DNA of 43,317 nucleotides, taken from Mitosporidium daphniae (lineage: Eukaryota). The DNA is taken from positions 1 through 43,317 of the forward strand of contig NW_013546456.1 of assembly GCF_000760515.2 (NCBI RefSeq), in the 5' to 3' direction. The position numbers and the translations under genes are program-made. Position 1 is the first letter of the stretch. Every line of letters begins with the position of its first letter. The notes under the pieces were generated by a model. The model was not told where the DNA came from. It saw only the letters and a program-made list of their open reading frames with translations, and ran no database searches. Below, piece by piece: positions 21,037 through 30,836 of this stretch.

Positions 21037-24000
21037 TTAATGCTGGCTGAACTCTAAAGGAGAGAAACCCAATAAACTAACCCCTTCCAAAGCTTCTTCG
21101 ACTACCCTTACAACGTTAAGAGCAATCATAGAAAAGGGATGTTCCGCACCATTATAAGTGACGCAGTTTTCGTGGATTAGCTGAACATCGCTCAGAAATT
21201 GATTCGCAGAGCTATATCTGCGATTGTTGATATTTTTCCGTAGCGTGGAAAAGTCCATCGGATTTTTAACAATGGCATGGTATCCAGGAGCTATTTTTTC
21301 CTGCACAGGAAGATGGAATGGCCAGCTCTACGTATCAGTTGCACGGGCTTACGTTGGGGATATTAGTGATGTCCGTGACAATTTTGCCAAAAATTCGGCC
21401 AAGCTCGGAAATTGCCTGTCGTCTAAGAAGAATTTTCACCTTTTCGTCTTGATCCCCCGCTCGTTCCTCCTCGGTTTCTTCTGTGACTCGATCCCAGGAA
21501 TACATAGGGCAGGAACGGTTCGTTTTCATGTGGCCATATTGTCCGCAATTTCCGCATTTCATCTGGTCGTCAAAATATGGTAACATGCCTTTTTTAGTAG
21601 CGCCCCGCTTTCATCATCAACAGGCGCACTTGTTGTTGCGGGTACACCACCAATTTTAGCACTGCTACTTTTCCTGAAATTAGAAAGCAAATGAACCAAC
21701 TTTTTGCGAGCCACTTCCTCAAACCGCTTCTGCTCCAAATACTCAATAATGATCCTTGAATCTTTTATAAGCTCTGTTTGGTAAAGCACACTGGTTCCAT
21801 CTTCCCCAAGCACTTTTCGCTTGATTAACAATTGCTTTGGAAAGGGCGGGATGGTGGTAGAACTGGAAATCCCTAAGCTCGAAGATGATGATAGAGAGGA
21901 CGATTGTGAGAGGGTCTCGTCATCAATTTCGTCAACCTCATCCAGCTCATGGAAGCTATTAGGAAGCATTGTCTGATCTTCATATGAAATGCCCTTATAT
22001 TGAGAGAGCCTGTTCGGGTTTAAAAGAGCGTTGTATTGAGCATCCCATATTTTCATTATTTGCTCGCGATATGCCTGTTGCTGTTCGGCAATGGAATACT
22101 TTTTGTCCTCATCTAACACGGATTGGTCGTTCGCGGGAGACGCTGACCATCGCTTCTGATGAAAGGTATTGCTTTTCAAGGGGATCCTGTTGAAGCTAAA
22201 TCCTTCGCCGCAGCCGGTCGGGTCTCCAGACCCATTGAGCTCTACAAGCGCTTTTCCTTGTGTGGCAAGAATAAAATTCCGTGTTATACTCCATGGTGCC
22301 AATTTGATTTCAGTAACGAGAGATGAGAACTCGTCCTCGTCGTCCCTTGGATTTCCATCTTCATCTGCCAGATGTCCAAGTCCCGCGTCCAAGAGTCGTT
22401 GCTTGCCTGCAAGCATTGCCTCGTAAATGCAAACCATCTCTGGAGTCATCAATGCTCGAAGTTCGTCTTCCGAGAGTGTAGGGGCCGTTTTTTTGAGGAT
22501 CCACCAACCCGTATCCTTGTTGACGCGAAGGTAATCCGAAATATCCTTCAGCCACTTTCGGAGAACACTTTCCTGAAATTGAGGAAAGGCACGGCAAATT
22601 TTTGATATTTTGGCCCTTCTTGAAAGGTTCCCGGGGCGTTGAAACTGCCGATAAGCGGCTACCTCAACCCTGCTTTTGCAATAGATGTTTGCCTTTCGAG
22701 ATTGAGGACCAAAAACTTCAACCATTGGCAAGGTCTGTCCAGCGACATGAATTGCAGGAAACTCCATCAACACTGAAGGCTGCATCACTCCATCAAACCA
22801 TTGGCGCACGAGCAGAAAGTCTGTTTTAGCCGACTCGTGTTTGAATAGCGGAGCTCTGAAAAGATTATTTTGAAGGCAGAGCACTGTTTGTCCCGGACGC
22901 ACATCACCAAATCCCAAAAATGGACTGGGTTCATGGCGGCCCAGTGTCATCGAAATCCCTATTGCGCCCTAAAAATAAAGGGGAATTAACGAAAATTGAA
23001 GGAGCAATTAAATGTAAATAAGGGAAAAGAAATGGCCTCAATGGCCAGATGTTAAAAATCGATGGTGTAACTCACCTCTGGAGATGTTGTAGGAAGCGAT
23101 GTGCGAGATTCTCGCGAATATCGATAAAGGAGACTACCCATTCCCTCTTTTTGTACAAGAATGTGGAACTCCTCGGAATACTCTACCAGCAACAGATGAG
23201 ATGGCTGTTGGTCAATAGAATCGCTAGGAACAATTGTAAGCTCTTTGACAGAACGAGGAATCATGGCCGAGGCATGTACAGAATGCGGTGGAAGGACAAC
23301 ATCCATTCCGGGAGACGAACTTAATAGGGGGAGCCCCTCTTCACGTTTCTTGAATGTAACCCTCGGTGCGTATTTCGCTCCAAAGGGAAATCGATGGAAG
23401 GATCGCAACTCGGATTTGGTTATCCACGCCTTATAGAAAGGTTTTACAAGCTTCAAAGCAGGAATGGAATGAACAAGTGCAATATTAGAGGCACCGGCAG
23501 TGCCTGGACGCTGGCCCTCTTCAGCAAGGAGGTCTTTCGGCAAATAATATTTATCTCCAGAGACATTGTATCTATCCGAAATAATGGGAAATGAAAAGGA
23601 ACGCGGAACAGGCCAGGGGCCTGCTGCTCCTCTGGCTTGTCCACTGCCATCGCTTTTGGGGACTGAGGGTGAAGTGATTATATTTGATCTCTTTGCAATT
23701 GGAGGCATCAATATAGATGATGAGCACGAAAATGAATCTATTCGCTCTAGAATGAGGGCTGGATCCATTTCAGAGAGGTAGGGCTGGAAAAAGGCATGGA
23801 AGCCGTCGGTTTTAATATTATCCTCATCCCAAACAATGAAGGAATCCCAAGCGCCACTAGCTAGCACTGAGTTAAGTATTTTCGACTTCAAGGTCTTTAC
23901 AAGGCCATCAGCTGCTGAAGATCTATCCAGTAACGATCCCCTGCTATTTTGCGACAATGAAGAAGTACTTGGACCAAAGAGGCGATTTGAATCTGAAGAT

Positions 24001-24918
24001 GAACATGATAATGGTGGTGGAGGGGGCTGAGATGCTGATGAGGGTGATGGTTTGGAAGGAGATGAAGAGACATCGTCAAGTGGTGATGATGATAATTCTC
24101 CAACGTGCCTGGAATTCTCCTCCTGCAACAAAAGCCTGGTGGAAGACTCGCCAAGTCTGGAGACATTTTGGGATGAGGTGCGAACGGGAGATGTAATTGT
24201 GATCTTTGGAATAAGCGATGTATCTAGCAGCATTCCAGAAGACACATTTCTGGACTTTGGGGTGTTATGGCCTGTTGAAACGAGTAGAGAGCCTATTGAT
24301 CCGGTGGGGGTTTGCGAGATCGAGTGTGCAGATGCGGAAAACACACTCATATTTTCCTGTTCTTCTCCCTCCCCCTCTTCCCATGAGATTTTATCTTCCC
24401 AAGCATTCCAATAAATTGGATTGAAGCGGAGCAAGTCTTCATCCTGAGAAGTCAGTAATTTTCTTCGCAAATAAGCATCGGAAATTACGGGTCCAGCATG
24501 CGGATTACAGGATATTGAGGGATTTGTTGTTCGGCCGTAAATACCATTGGCATGTTGGTGATTTTGCGGTGACCTTTTCCATCGATTGGGATTAGCCAAA
24601 GATGATACAATAGACCTGATGTTCAATACAATTGGGCCCATTTTTTGTTGGACCCTTTTAGATGGTTTCTTATTGTGCATGCCGTTTGGTCGTCTTGCAT
24701 CTGCTTCTGAGTTTGGTCCAGATAGCAAACGCTCGTCAGAAATGTCGGTTGACCAAACATGGATATCACTATCTATTTCAAATGGATAAAACATCCTTAC
24801 TTATGACTCGTGAATCGATAATTTTTAATGAGGGCTGGAACTCATCCGATATGACACCTATCAAATCGGTTAACCGGACAATCGGCTGGGCGACTTGATC
24901 GACCTTCTCGTTCAGCAT
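20976..24918 (-). CDS. TAF1: TFIID subunit Taf1 with Zn knuckle and one bromodomain
   Basis: RYNVSGDKYY, VHSIPALKL, LRSFHR, EYSEE, NNLFRAPLFKH, LAPWSITRNF, GDPTGCGEGFSF, CGNCGQYGHMKTNRSCP, WPFH..PMD..NCVTYNG; introns 24773-24800, 22969-23075, 21563-21588 (GC-AG), 21328-21352, 21054-21081. Confidence 0.93.
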
Positions 24919-25004
24919 CCCCGGGGAGATAAACTTGAATAAAAGGTCAAATTTTGAATTAAAAATTGAAACATTATTTATTTGGATGCTGTTACCTGGC
25001 CCTC

Positions 25005-25015
25005 AACCCTAGCCC
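25005..25015 (-). promoter_or_regulatory. Telobox-like motif GGGCTAGGGTT upstream of TAF1
   Basis: Exact 11-mer shared with the BRF1 upstream region, on the sense strand about 87 nt before the proposed ATG. Confidence 0.35.
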
Positions 25016-25240
25016 TAAAAGATGTCAAAAGCCGTGCACACACCACTTCAACCCAAGTCTGTATGTCCTCGTTAATATAGTAGGTGACCTATTACAACCA
25101 TGTGCGCAAAATAATATTTTACCAGGTTTATTTATGGTTATCTCATATCCGTTTGAATTTTGAATCGTTTTTAACGGTTCGGCCAGTTAAACACGATTAA
25201 ATTGCGGATAATTAATTTGCACCACCAATCCTGTAGTTTT

Positions 25241-25555
25241 ATGCAAATGGAAAAGGAAGAGCACAAAAGATGGGCGAAAAGCCCCATGATAAGAGCCGCT
25301 ATTGCGATAGTTTCTTTTACGATTCTTTCCACCACCATGGTTATAATCCTTTGTAGGAGTAAATCTTCAACATTCATAACCTCAACATGCACATCCCGAG
25401 AAAATGATGTTATTATCGTACGAAATTCAAGAAACATTCAAAGAAATACCACGGGACCCGAAAATACAGCATTTCTTGAACCCATGGCTTGCCACACAAA
25501 TACATTTCGAATGAAAAATAGGAGTAAAGCTACTCTAAACCAAAGGATTTATTAG
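25241..25555 (+). CDS. Possible small single-pass membrane protein
   Basis: About 104-aa ORF with one hydrophobic stretch (IRAAIAIVSFTILSTTMVIIL); no homology recognised, may be spurious. Confidence 0.25.
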   Translation: MQMEKEEHKRWAKSPMIRAAIAIVSFTILSTTMVIILCRSKSSTFITSTCTSRENDVIIVRNSRNIQRNTTGPENTAFLEPMACHTNTFRMKNRSKATLNQRIY

Positions 25556-25763
25556 CTTTGCACTTGGAAATTTTCAAAATGCTGAATTTAACCTGCCATG
25601 TAAATGGATCTTTGTATCTTTATCTTGAAGCATGGAAATACAAGAGACCCTATTAAATTTGAGGCGCCATTTTAGAATATCTGCCGCAACTCCTAGCCCC
25701 ACAAAGTGTAAAAATCTGCAATTTTAAATATGAAAACAAATAAACAGAGTTGGATTTACTGCC

Positions 25764-25970
25764 AAATAGCCCACGCAAAGCCAATCACAATAGGGAGATC
25801 GAGCACCACCAAATCAGGCACCTGAAAGTATTTTGCATGCTTTCGCATCCTCTGGATCTCCCTGTCCATCCAAAGGAACACGGGGTCTGCCATGATTTGA
25901 TGGCCTGGTCAAATAAGCTGTGGGCCTGTATTTTAATTTTTGTTACAAGGCCTACGTTATTTAACCTAAC
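25764..25970 (+). ncRNA. Candidate structured non-coding RNA with Sm-site-like AATTTTTG
   Basis: Nested helices 25769-25776/25917-25925 and 25790-25800/25855-25865, internal hairpins, AATTTTTG at 25935-25942; no convincing ORF. Family not identified. Confidence 0.35.
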
Positions 25971-26069
25971 TTGAGCCGAATTTGACTGTACGTACTGCTG
26001 GTGTTAATGGTTGGATTAAAGGCTCCATTTAAGCGTAAATGTATTTATAAGCTTAAATTAGACCATTTT

Positions 26070-26508
26070 ATGCTTCAAGAATACATTTATGCTATTTTTG
26101 CCGGCTCCCTTGGTGCCTTTGGCGGAGTTTTGGCAAAACTTGTGGCTACTTTGCCGTCCTCATCATCGCACACGTTCGGTTATGTAAATTTTTTGCTTTG
26201 GATTATTATAAACATACTCGTTAACGGGATGATGTGGTATTTCTATTCGCTGGCGTTCTGCGCGTCCCTGGAATCAAGTATGTCATTTCATGATAATCTA
26301 CAGAAAAATCCGATTCTTCTGATCTGGTGGCCATAAAAATGGCAGCCAATGCTCTTTTCTCCTTTTTTTTGGGACACTGTTCTTCAATGAAGAGATCGTG
26401 TTGCGAAAAATTGTTGCGCTATCAATCATTCTTTTTGGCGTGCATTTAATAANATCTTCAAAATACAAGATGGAGGTCGCTAAAGCCTCCCAAAACTTAA
26501 ACAAGTAA
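26070..26508 (+). CDS. TMEM42-like (EamA/DMT-type) small membrane protein; apparent 1-nt frameshift
   Basis: AGSLGAFGGVLAKL...NGMMWYFYSLA; intron 26278-26303; GTLFFNEE...GVHLI is in frame only if T8 at 26363-26370 is T9. Confidence 0.7.
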
Positions 26509-26527
26509 ATCGAGTAGAAAAAGCCAC

Positions 26528-27301
26528 TTAAAAAAGCAGATATTCTGTGCACATTTTTTTAACAAGGTTTTTTCCCTCCTGCTTGTCTTCAAAGAAATAC
26601 GACATGATGGGATCGTTGGCCGCCTTTGGATCAAGTTTTCCAAATTGAATGATCTTTGAAGCCGACGAAGCATGCCCTGAAATAATTTCCCTACCAGCAT
26701 TAGCCCTTATGAAAATTTGTGTCCAAAAAACAATTTCGCCGGCATGCAAAAGGCTAGTGTTTTTCGTGACGTTCCAAATGTAAATGGGAAAATAAACCAA
26801 AGTAGGATCGGCCACCCATATCAACATCCTATTCTTAGAGAGTGTTGTCGATGTAGTGGCGTCTTCTAAGGGCATCACCTGCAGAACCATCACTAGCAGA
26901 TTTGCAATCGTGTAAGAGTCAGCCTTTTGCACATGATTAAGAACAGGCAGAAGCTGCGAAACGGGATAGCCTGATATAAATTTTGGGCAATTCCCGCTTT
27001 TTTGAGCTACTTCTACCGCATTCGTGTCTAAAAGGATTGTCTGGCTTTGTTGTAGTTTCTTTGGCGGTGACGGATGTACCAGCATCGATAGATTCTCGAT
27101 GTCATTGAAGGCGAGAAAGGATGAATATTGCGACAATTCTAACACATTTGGATGGAGATAAGAACAACAAACATAGGTGCCACTTTGACGAATGATCTCA
27201 AACGAACCAAGCAATCGATCGGCATCCGTAAAAAGCGACGGGTCAACCTCTGAACATCTGGAATCGTCAAGGGACGGCGGAGGATGAAAGAAGATAAACA
27301 T
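26528..27301 (-). CDS. OB-fold nucleic-acid-binding protein (SHLD2 OB1-like)
   Basis: ANLLVMVLQV...IWVADPT..FPIYIW...LHAGEIVFWTQI is an OB-fold strand pattern; the family assignment is tentative. Confidence 0.5.
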   Translation of the reverse strand: MFIFFHPPPSLDDSRCSEVDPSLFTDADRLLGSFEIIRQSGTYVCCSYLHPNVLELSQYSSFLAFNDIENLSMLVHPSPPKKLQQSQTILLDTNAVEVAQKSGNCPKFISGYPVSQLLPVLNHVQKADSYTIANLLVMVLQVMPLEDATTSTTLSKNRMLIWVADPTLVYFPIYIWNVTKNTSLLHAGEIVFWTQIFIRANAGREIISGHASSASKIIQFGKLDPKAANDPIMSYFFEDKQEGKNLVKKMCTEYLLF

Positions 27302-27717
27302 AAATTTAATTTACATCGAGCGCCTATTGAAAGCTAGACAGACAAATGGATGGAAACGCATTGGTTATACTACTCCAGAGACAAACAGTGCAATGGACTT
27401 ATGGAAATTCTTTAATGAGGAATGTCATCGACTCTGTGGCAAATCATGTTGGGACGTAACCGAAGGTTAGCACATAGATTTATGAAAACAGAGAAGATGG
27501 TTTTTATTGCATAATATGACTCACTTCAATGCTGATGCAATACTTCCTTGAACTGCAGCACACGAATGCACATGTCAGTCCAGGGAAGACAGCTTGAAGC
27601 TTATAGTGATGCAAAAAATCGGTGCAAAGCAACTTAATTTATGTTTGATTGACTAGGGTTGTGTTTTTAAATTGGCCCGGTCATCAGGGATAATTTCTTT
27701 AAATTTCGTCAATTAAA

Positions 27718-29101
27718 ATGAAATGTTTCGTGTCATCCAATTGTACATGCTATAATGGGCCGCTTTATCGCTCAAGGGCTTCCTTTAGTATTGCTGTGAA
27801 ATGGCTAACATCTATGAAAGGAAAGCTTTTGCAAGCCCCGTTTAGGAAAAAAGCGCCACCCATTCTTAATCCGTTTATTACCCAAGATCTGCAAAATACG
27901 CGTCACAACCTAGATGGCAATTCACCTCAAATTGAAGCATTCCCTTCTGTTCAGAAGCGCTTACCTTGTTGCAGCAATTCATGGGATTCCATACTGTACA
28001 GCGCTGAACGGCATCTTAACGAAGCATCAGCCTCTGGCCTTCTCAATTCTCCTGGTGGGTTTTTGTCGGAGGCTGGTAAGGAGTTTATTGACGGCCGATC
28101 AGAGAAAGAATATTTTGCCTCGATCTTTTTCAAGCTAAAAGCTACCATTGGAAATGAGGGACACCCCCTTCTGAACACCGTTAATTCGTACTACCTGCAA
28201 GCAGGTGGGAAACGGGTGCGTCCATTGATGATTCTTTTATTGTCCTTGAGCTATTTCAAACAAAATTCAAGTGCGGCCCCATGGACTTCGTTCCAAAAAC
28301 TAGCGCAGATTTCTGAGCTGATGCACACTGCATCTCTGATGCACGATGACGTGATTGATAACGCACATTCTCGAAGATCTTTGCTTTCGGCACCGTTTTT
28401 GTTTGGAAACAAAGCTGCCATACTTTCTGGAGACTATCTGCTGGCATCGGCTGCCATTCTTTTGGCTCGGCTAAATTCGCTCCATATTTTCGACTTGATG
28501 TGTCAGATAATATGCGACTTGGCGCGCGGAGAGTTGATGCAAATGGATGTTCCTCCGAACGAGAAATTTTCTCTCGATTATTATTTGGAAAAGAGCTACC
28601 GGAAAACAGCCTGCCTGATGGCCAAAAGCTTTCAATCGGCCTCAATATTGGCGGGCCAGTCGGAGCAGCTACAAAAGGCATCGTTTGAGTTTGGAAAGAA
28701 TTTTGGAATCGCTTTTCAGGTACCCCCAAATATCTCCTAAATCTCAGATAGTCGATGACATTTTGGATTACCAAGTTTCTTCACAGGATTTTGGAAAAAC
28801 CACCGCTAAGGACCTCATTGATGGGCACCTTACGGCTCCATTTTTGTATGCAATCCAGGAGGACCCGACTTTGGCTCGTCTTTATGACAGCGAATTTGCC
28901 AATCATGGGGAAATTGACTTGGCCTTTGAAATCATAACCAAGCGAACGAAAGCTATTGAAAAGGCAAAGTTCTTAGCGAAAGAATACCAAGAACGGGCAT
29001 TGGCACAGTTGGAGCTGATCAAAAAATCTCTAACTCCGGCCGATGATAGCATTAATTTTCTTGTGGAGCTTACAAAAACACTCACCAATAGAAGGCGCTA
29101 A
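27718..29101 (+). CDS. COQ1: Trans-polyprenyl diphosphate synthase (ubiquinone side chain)
   Basis: GGKRVRP, ELMHTASLMHDDVID..RR, GNKAAILSGDYLL, GELMQ, KTACL, GIAFQ|IVDDILDY; intron 28720-28747; long N-terminal extension. Confidence 0.9.
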
Positions 29102-29107
29102 GTTAAA

Positions 29108-30739
29108 TTACCCGAAAAACAACAACAACGATTTTAGAAATAAAGAGATGAAAGACCCCCCGAAAAGCGCAAAGCTGATTCCATACACGCATAGTATCGA
29201 TGCAATCCTCCTGTCTGTATCTGATGTAACCGATCTAGGCACGAACATTAACAGGTTTAAAGATAAATATCCGCTAAAAAATCCAAACACACAAACAAGG
29301 AACAAAAAGTAGCCATCGCCAGACAATAGTCTAGCAATCGGGTACTCGATGGTCTTTTCACTGGTGACAATGTCCGAAACATTGCTGAAAAAAAACAATG
29401 GAATGAACCCCATGCTAACGACCGTAAAGAAGGTAAGACTTGCTTTGCCCTTCAAACAAACGGCGGGGTATCTTAAAATGAAGCGACCAAATACATCTCC
29501 AAGGTTGTAAAAGAAAAAGGTAATCACGGGAAACGTTTCCGCATTCAAGATCGAAAGCGCGCTGTTGTTTGCATCAACAGGGAATACCGTGGTGGGCTTT
29601 ACCATGTACAGGAAATTTGGGATGAAAAAAATCACCTCAAAGAAATGAAATACGACGCACCAAAAATAGACGCGGATTTCTCGATATACGCGAAAATAGT
29701 TTCCAAGCAAAGATGCCGGCGTTTCGGTATGATTTCCGTGCGAATCAAAGGAAGATGTACAAGTCAATTCTTGGTGCTGTATTTGAGGGCTCACCACCGC
29801 AATTGGCGGCGACCCGACGCCAGCTTCAAAGTACAAATTGGATTTCAGCTTCAAAGCGATTTCCTTTACCTCTGATGGCTGGTCTGAAAAATCTTCCTCG
29901 CCATTTATGCCATTAGGGCTCTCAGTTGCATGAAGAGCATCTGCTGAAGTGAAATCTTTCTTTTTAGCCAACAATAGAATCGCGGAGATGTAAACGATTG
30001 CAGAAGACACGACAAAGTACAAAAACACGCCAAAATCGGAGCCTCCAAAAAAGAGCGAAGCACGGCTATTCAAGGGGACTACCATGATCATGGTGATCAA
30101 TTTGAAGCAGCACGAAAGCATGCCGGCTATTCCCTGTCCATTGTAATAGGCATGCGTATATCGCGCGTGAACCTGAGACAGCATTGAGAATATGCTTAAA
30201 AATGAAATTGCCGATAGCACTGCCGAATGGAAGCCCAAAATGGCGACCAGGACGATGAAAACGGTTCCGTTGGCTCCGGAAAACAGTGCCAAAAAAGAGA
30301 GCGACAACAGAACGGTTGCCTTGCCAAATTGGCTAAAAAGAAGCATCGAGTAGGGGCTAAATAGGGTCGAAATGGCGGACGAAAAGCACAAAAACAAAAT
30401 TTTTCCCGCACAAAGAATCAAAATTAACAGATCCATGGTCAAGTAGCCAAACAAAGAGCCCGATGTCCTGGATAAGAAAAAATGGCTGGAAGTCATTATG
30501 GCGTTGGTGGCAAAAACGTGCGAAAGGCCTTGAAAAAAGATGATAAAATACAAAACACAATCAAAAGAAGCCGTGGCGGTCGATATCTTGGCGGCTGAGG
30601 TGTTGGGCTGATAGCCCTCCTTGATCGGCAGAGACGCTGATTGTTCACTCAGAATCCTGCGCGGCGATCCAAGATATGTACAGGGCTGAAATAGCAGTGG
30701 GGTGTGGTATCTCAGCCGAGAAGCCTCGGCAGAATTCAT
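29108..30739 (-). CDS. Equilibrative nucleoside transporter (ENT/SLC29), copy 1
   Basis: About 11 TM segments; FFQGLSHVFATNA, YTHAYYNGQGIAG, FFYNLGDVFGR, FGFFSGYL. Confidence 0.88.
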   Translation of the reverse strand: MNSAEASRLRYHTPLLFQPCTYLGSPRRILSEQSASLPIKEGYQPNTSAAKISTATASFDCVLYFIIFFQGLSHVFATNAIMTSSHFFLSRTSGSLFGYLTMDLLILILCAGKILFLCFSSAISTLFSPYSMLLFSQFGKATVLLSLSFLALFSGANGTVFIVLVAILGFHSAVLSAISFLSIFSMLSQVHARYTHAYYNGQGIAGMLSCCFKLITMIMVVPLNSRASLFFGGSDFGVFLYFVVSSAIVYISAILLLAKKKDFTSADALHATESPNGINGEEDFSDQPSEVKEIALKLKSNLYFEAGVGSPPIAVVSPQIQHQELTCTSSFDSHGNHTETPASLLGNYFRVYREIRVYFWCVVFHFFEVIFFIPNFLYMVKPTTVFPVDANNSALSILNAETFPVITFFFYNLGDVFGRFILRYPAVCLKGKASLTFFTVVSMGFIPLFFFSNVSDIVTSEKTIEYPIARLLSGDGYFLFLVCVFGFFSGYLSLNLLMFVPRSVTSDTDRRIASILCVYGISFALFGGSFISLFLKSLLLFFG

Positions 30740-30836
30740 CAAAATGATGAGAGCCACAAAGCCGGCTCATTAAGGCCAAAAAATGTGCGCTTAAGAAGCA
30801 TTGGATAAATTTGAATGCAATTTCAAATTTAATCCA

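Noticed and set aside
27310..27470. Short coding-looking frame (…MDLWKFFNEECHRLCGKSCW…) between the OB-fold gene and COQ1
   Set aside because: No coherent start or exon chain and no recognisable homology.
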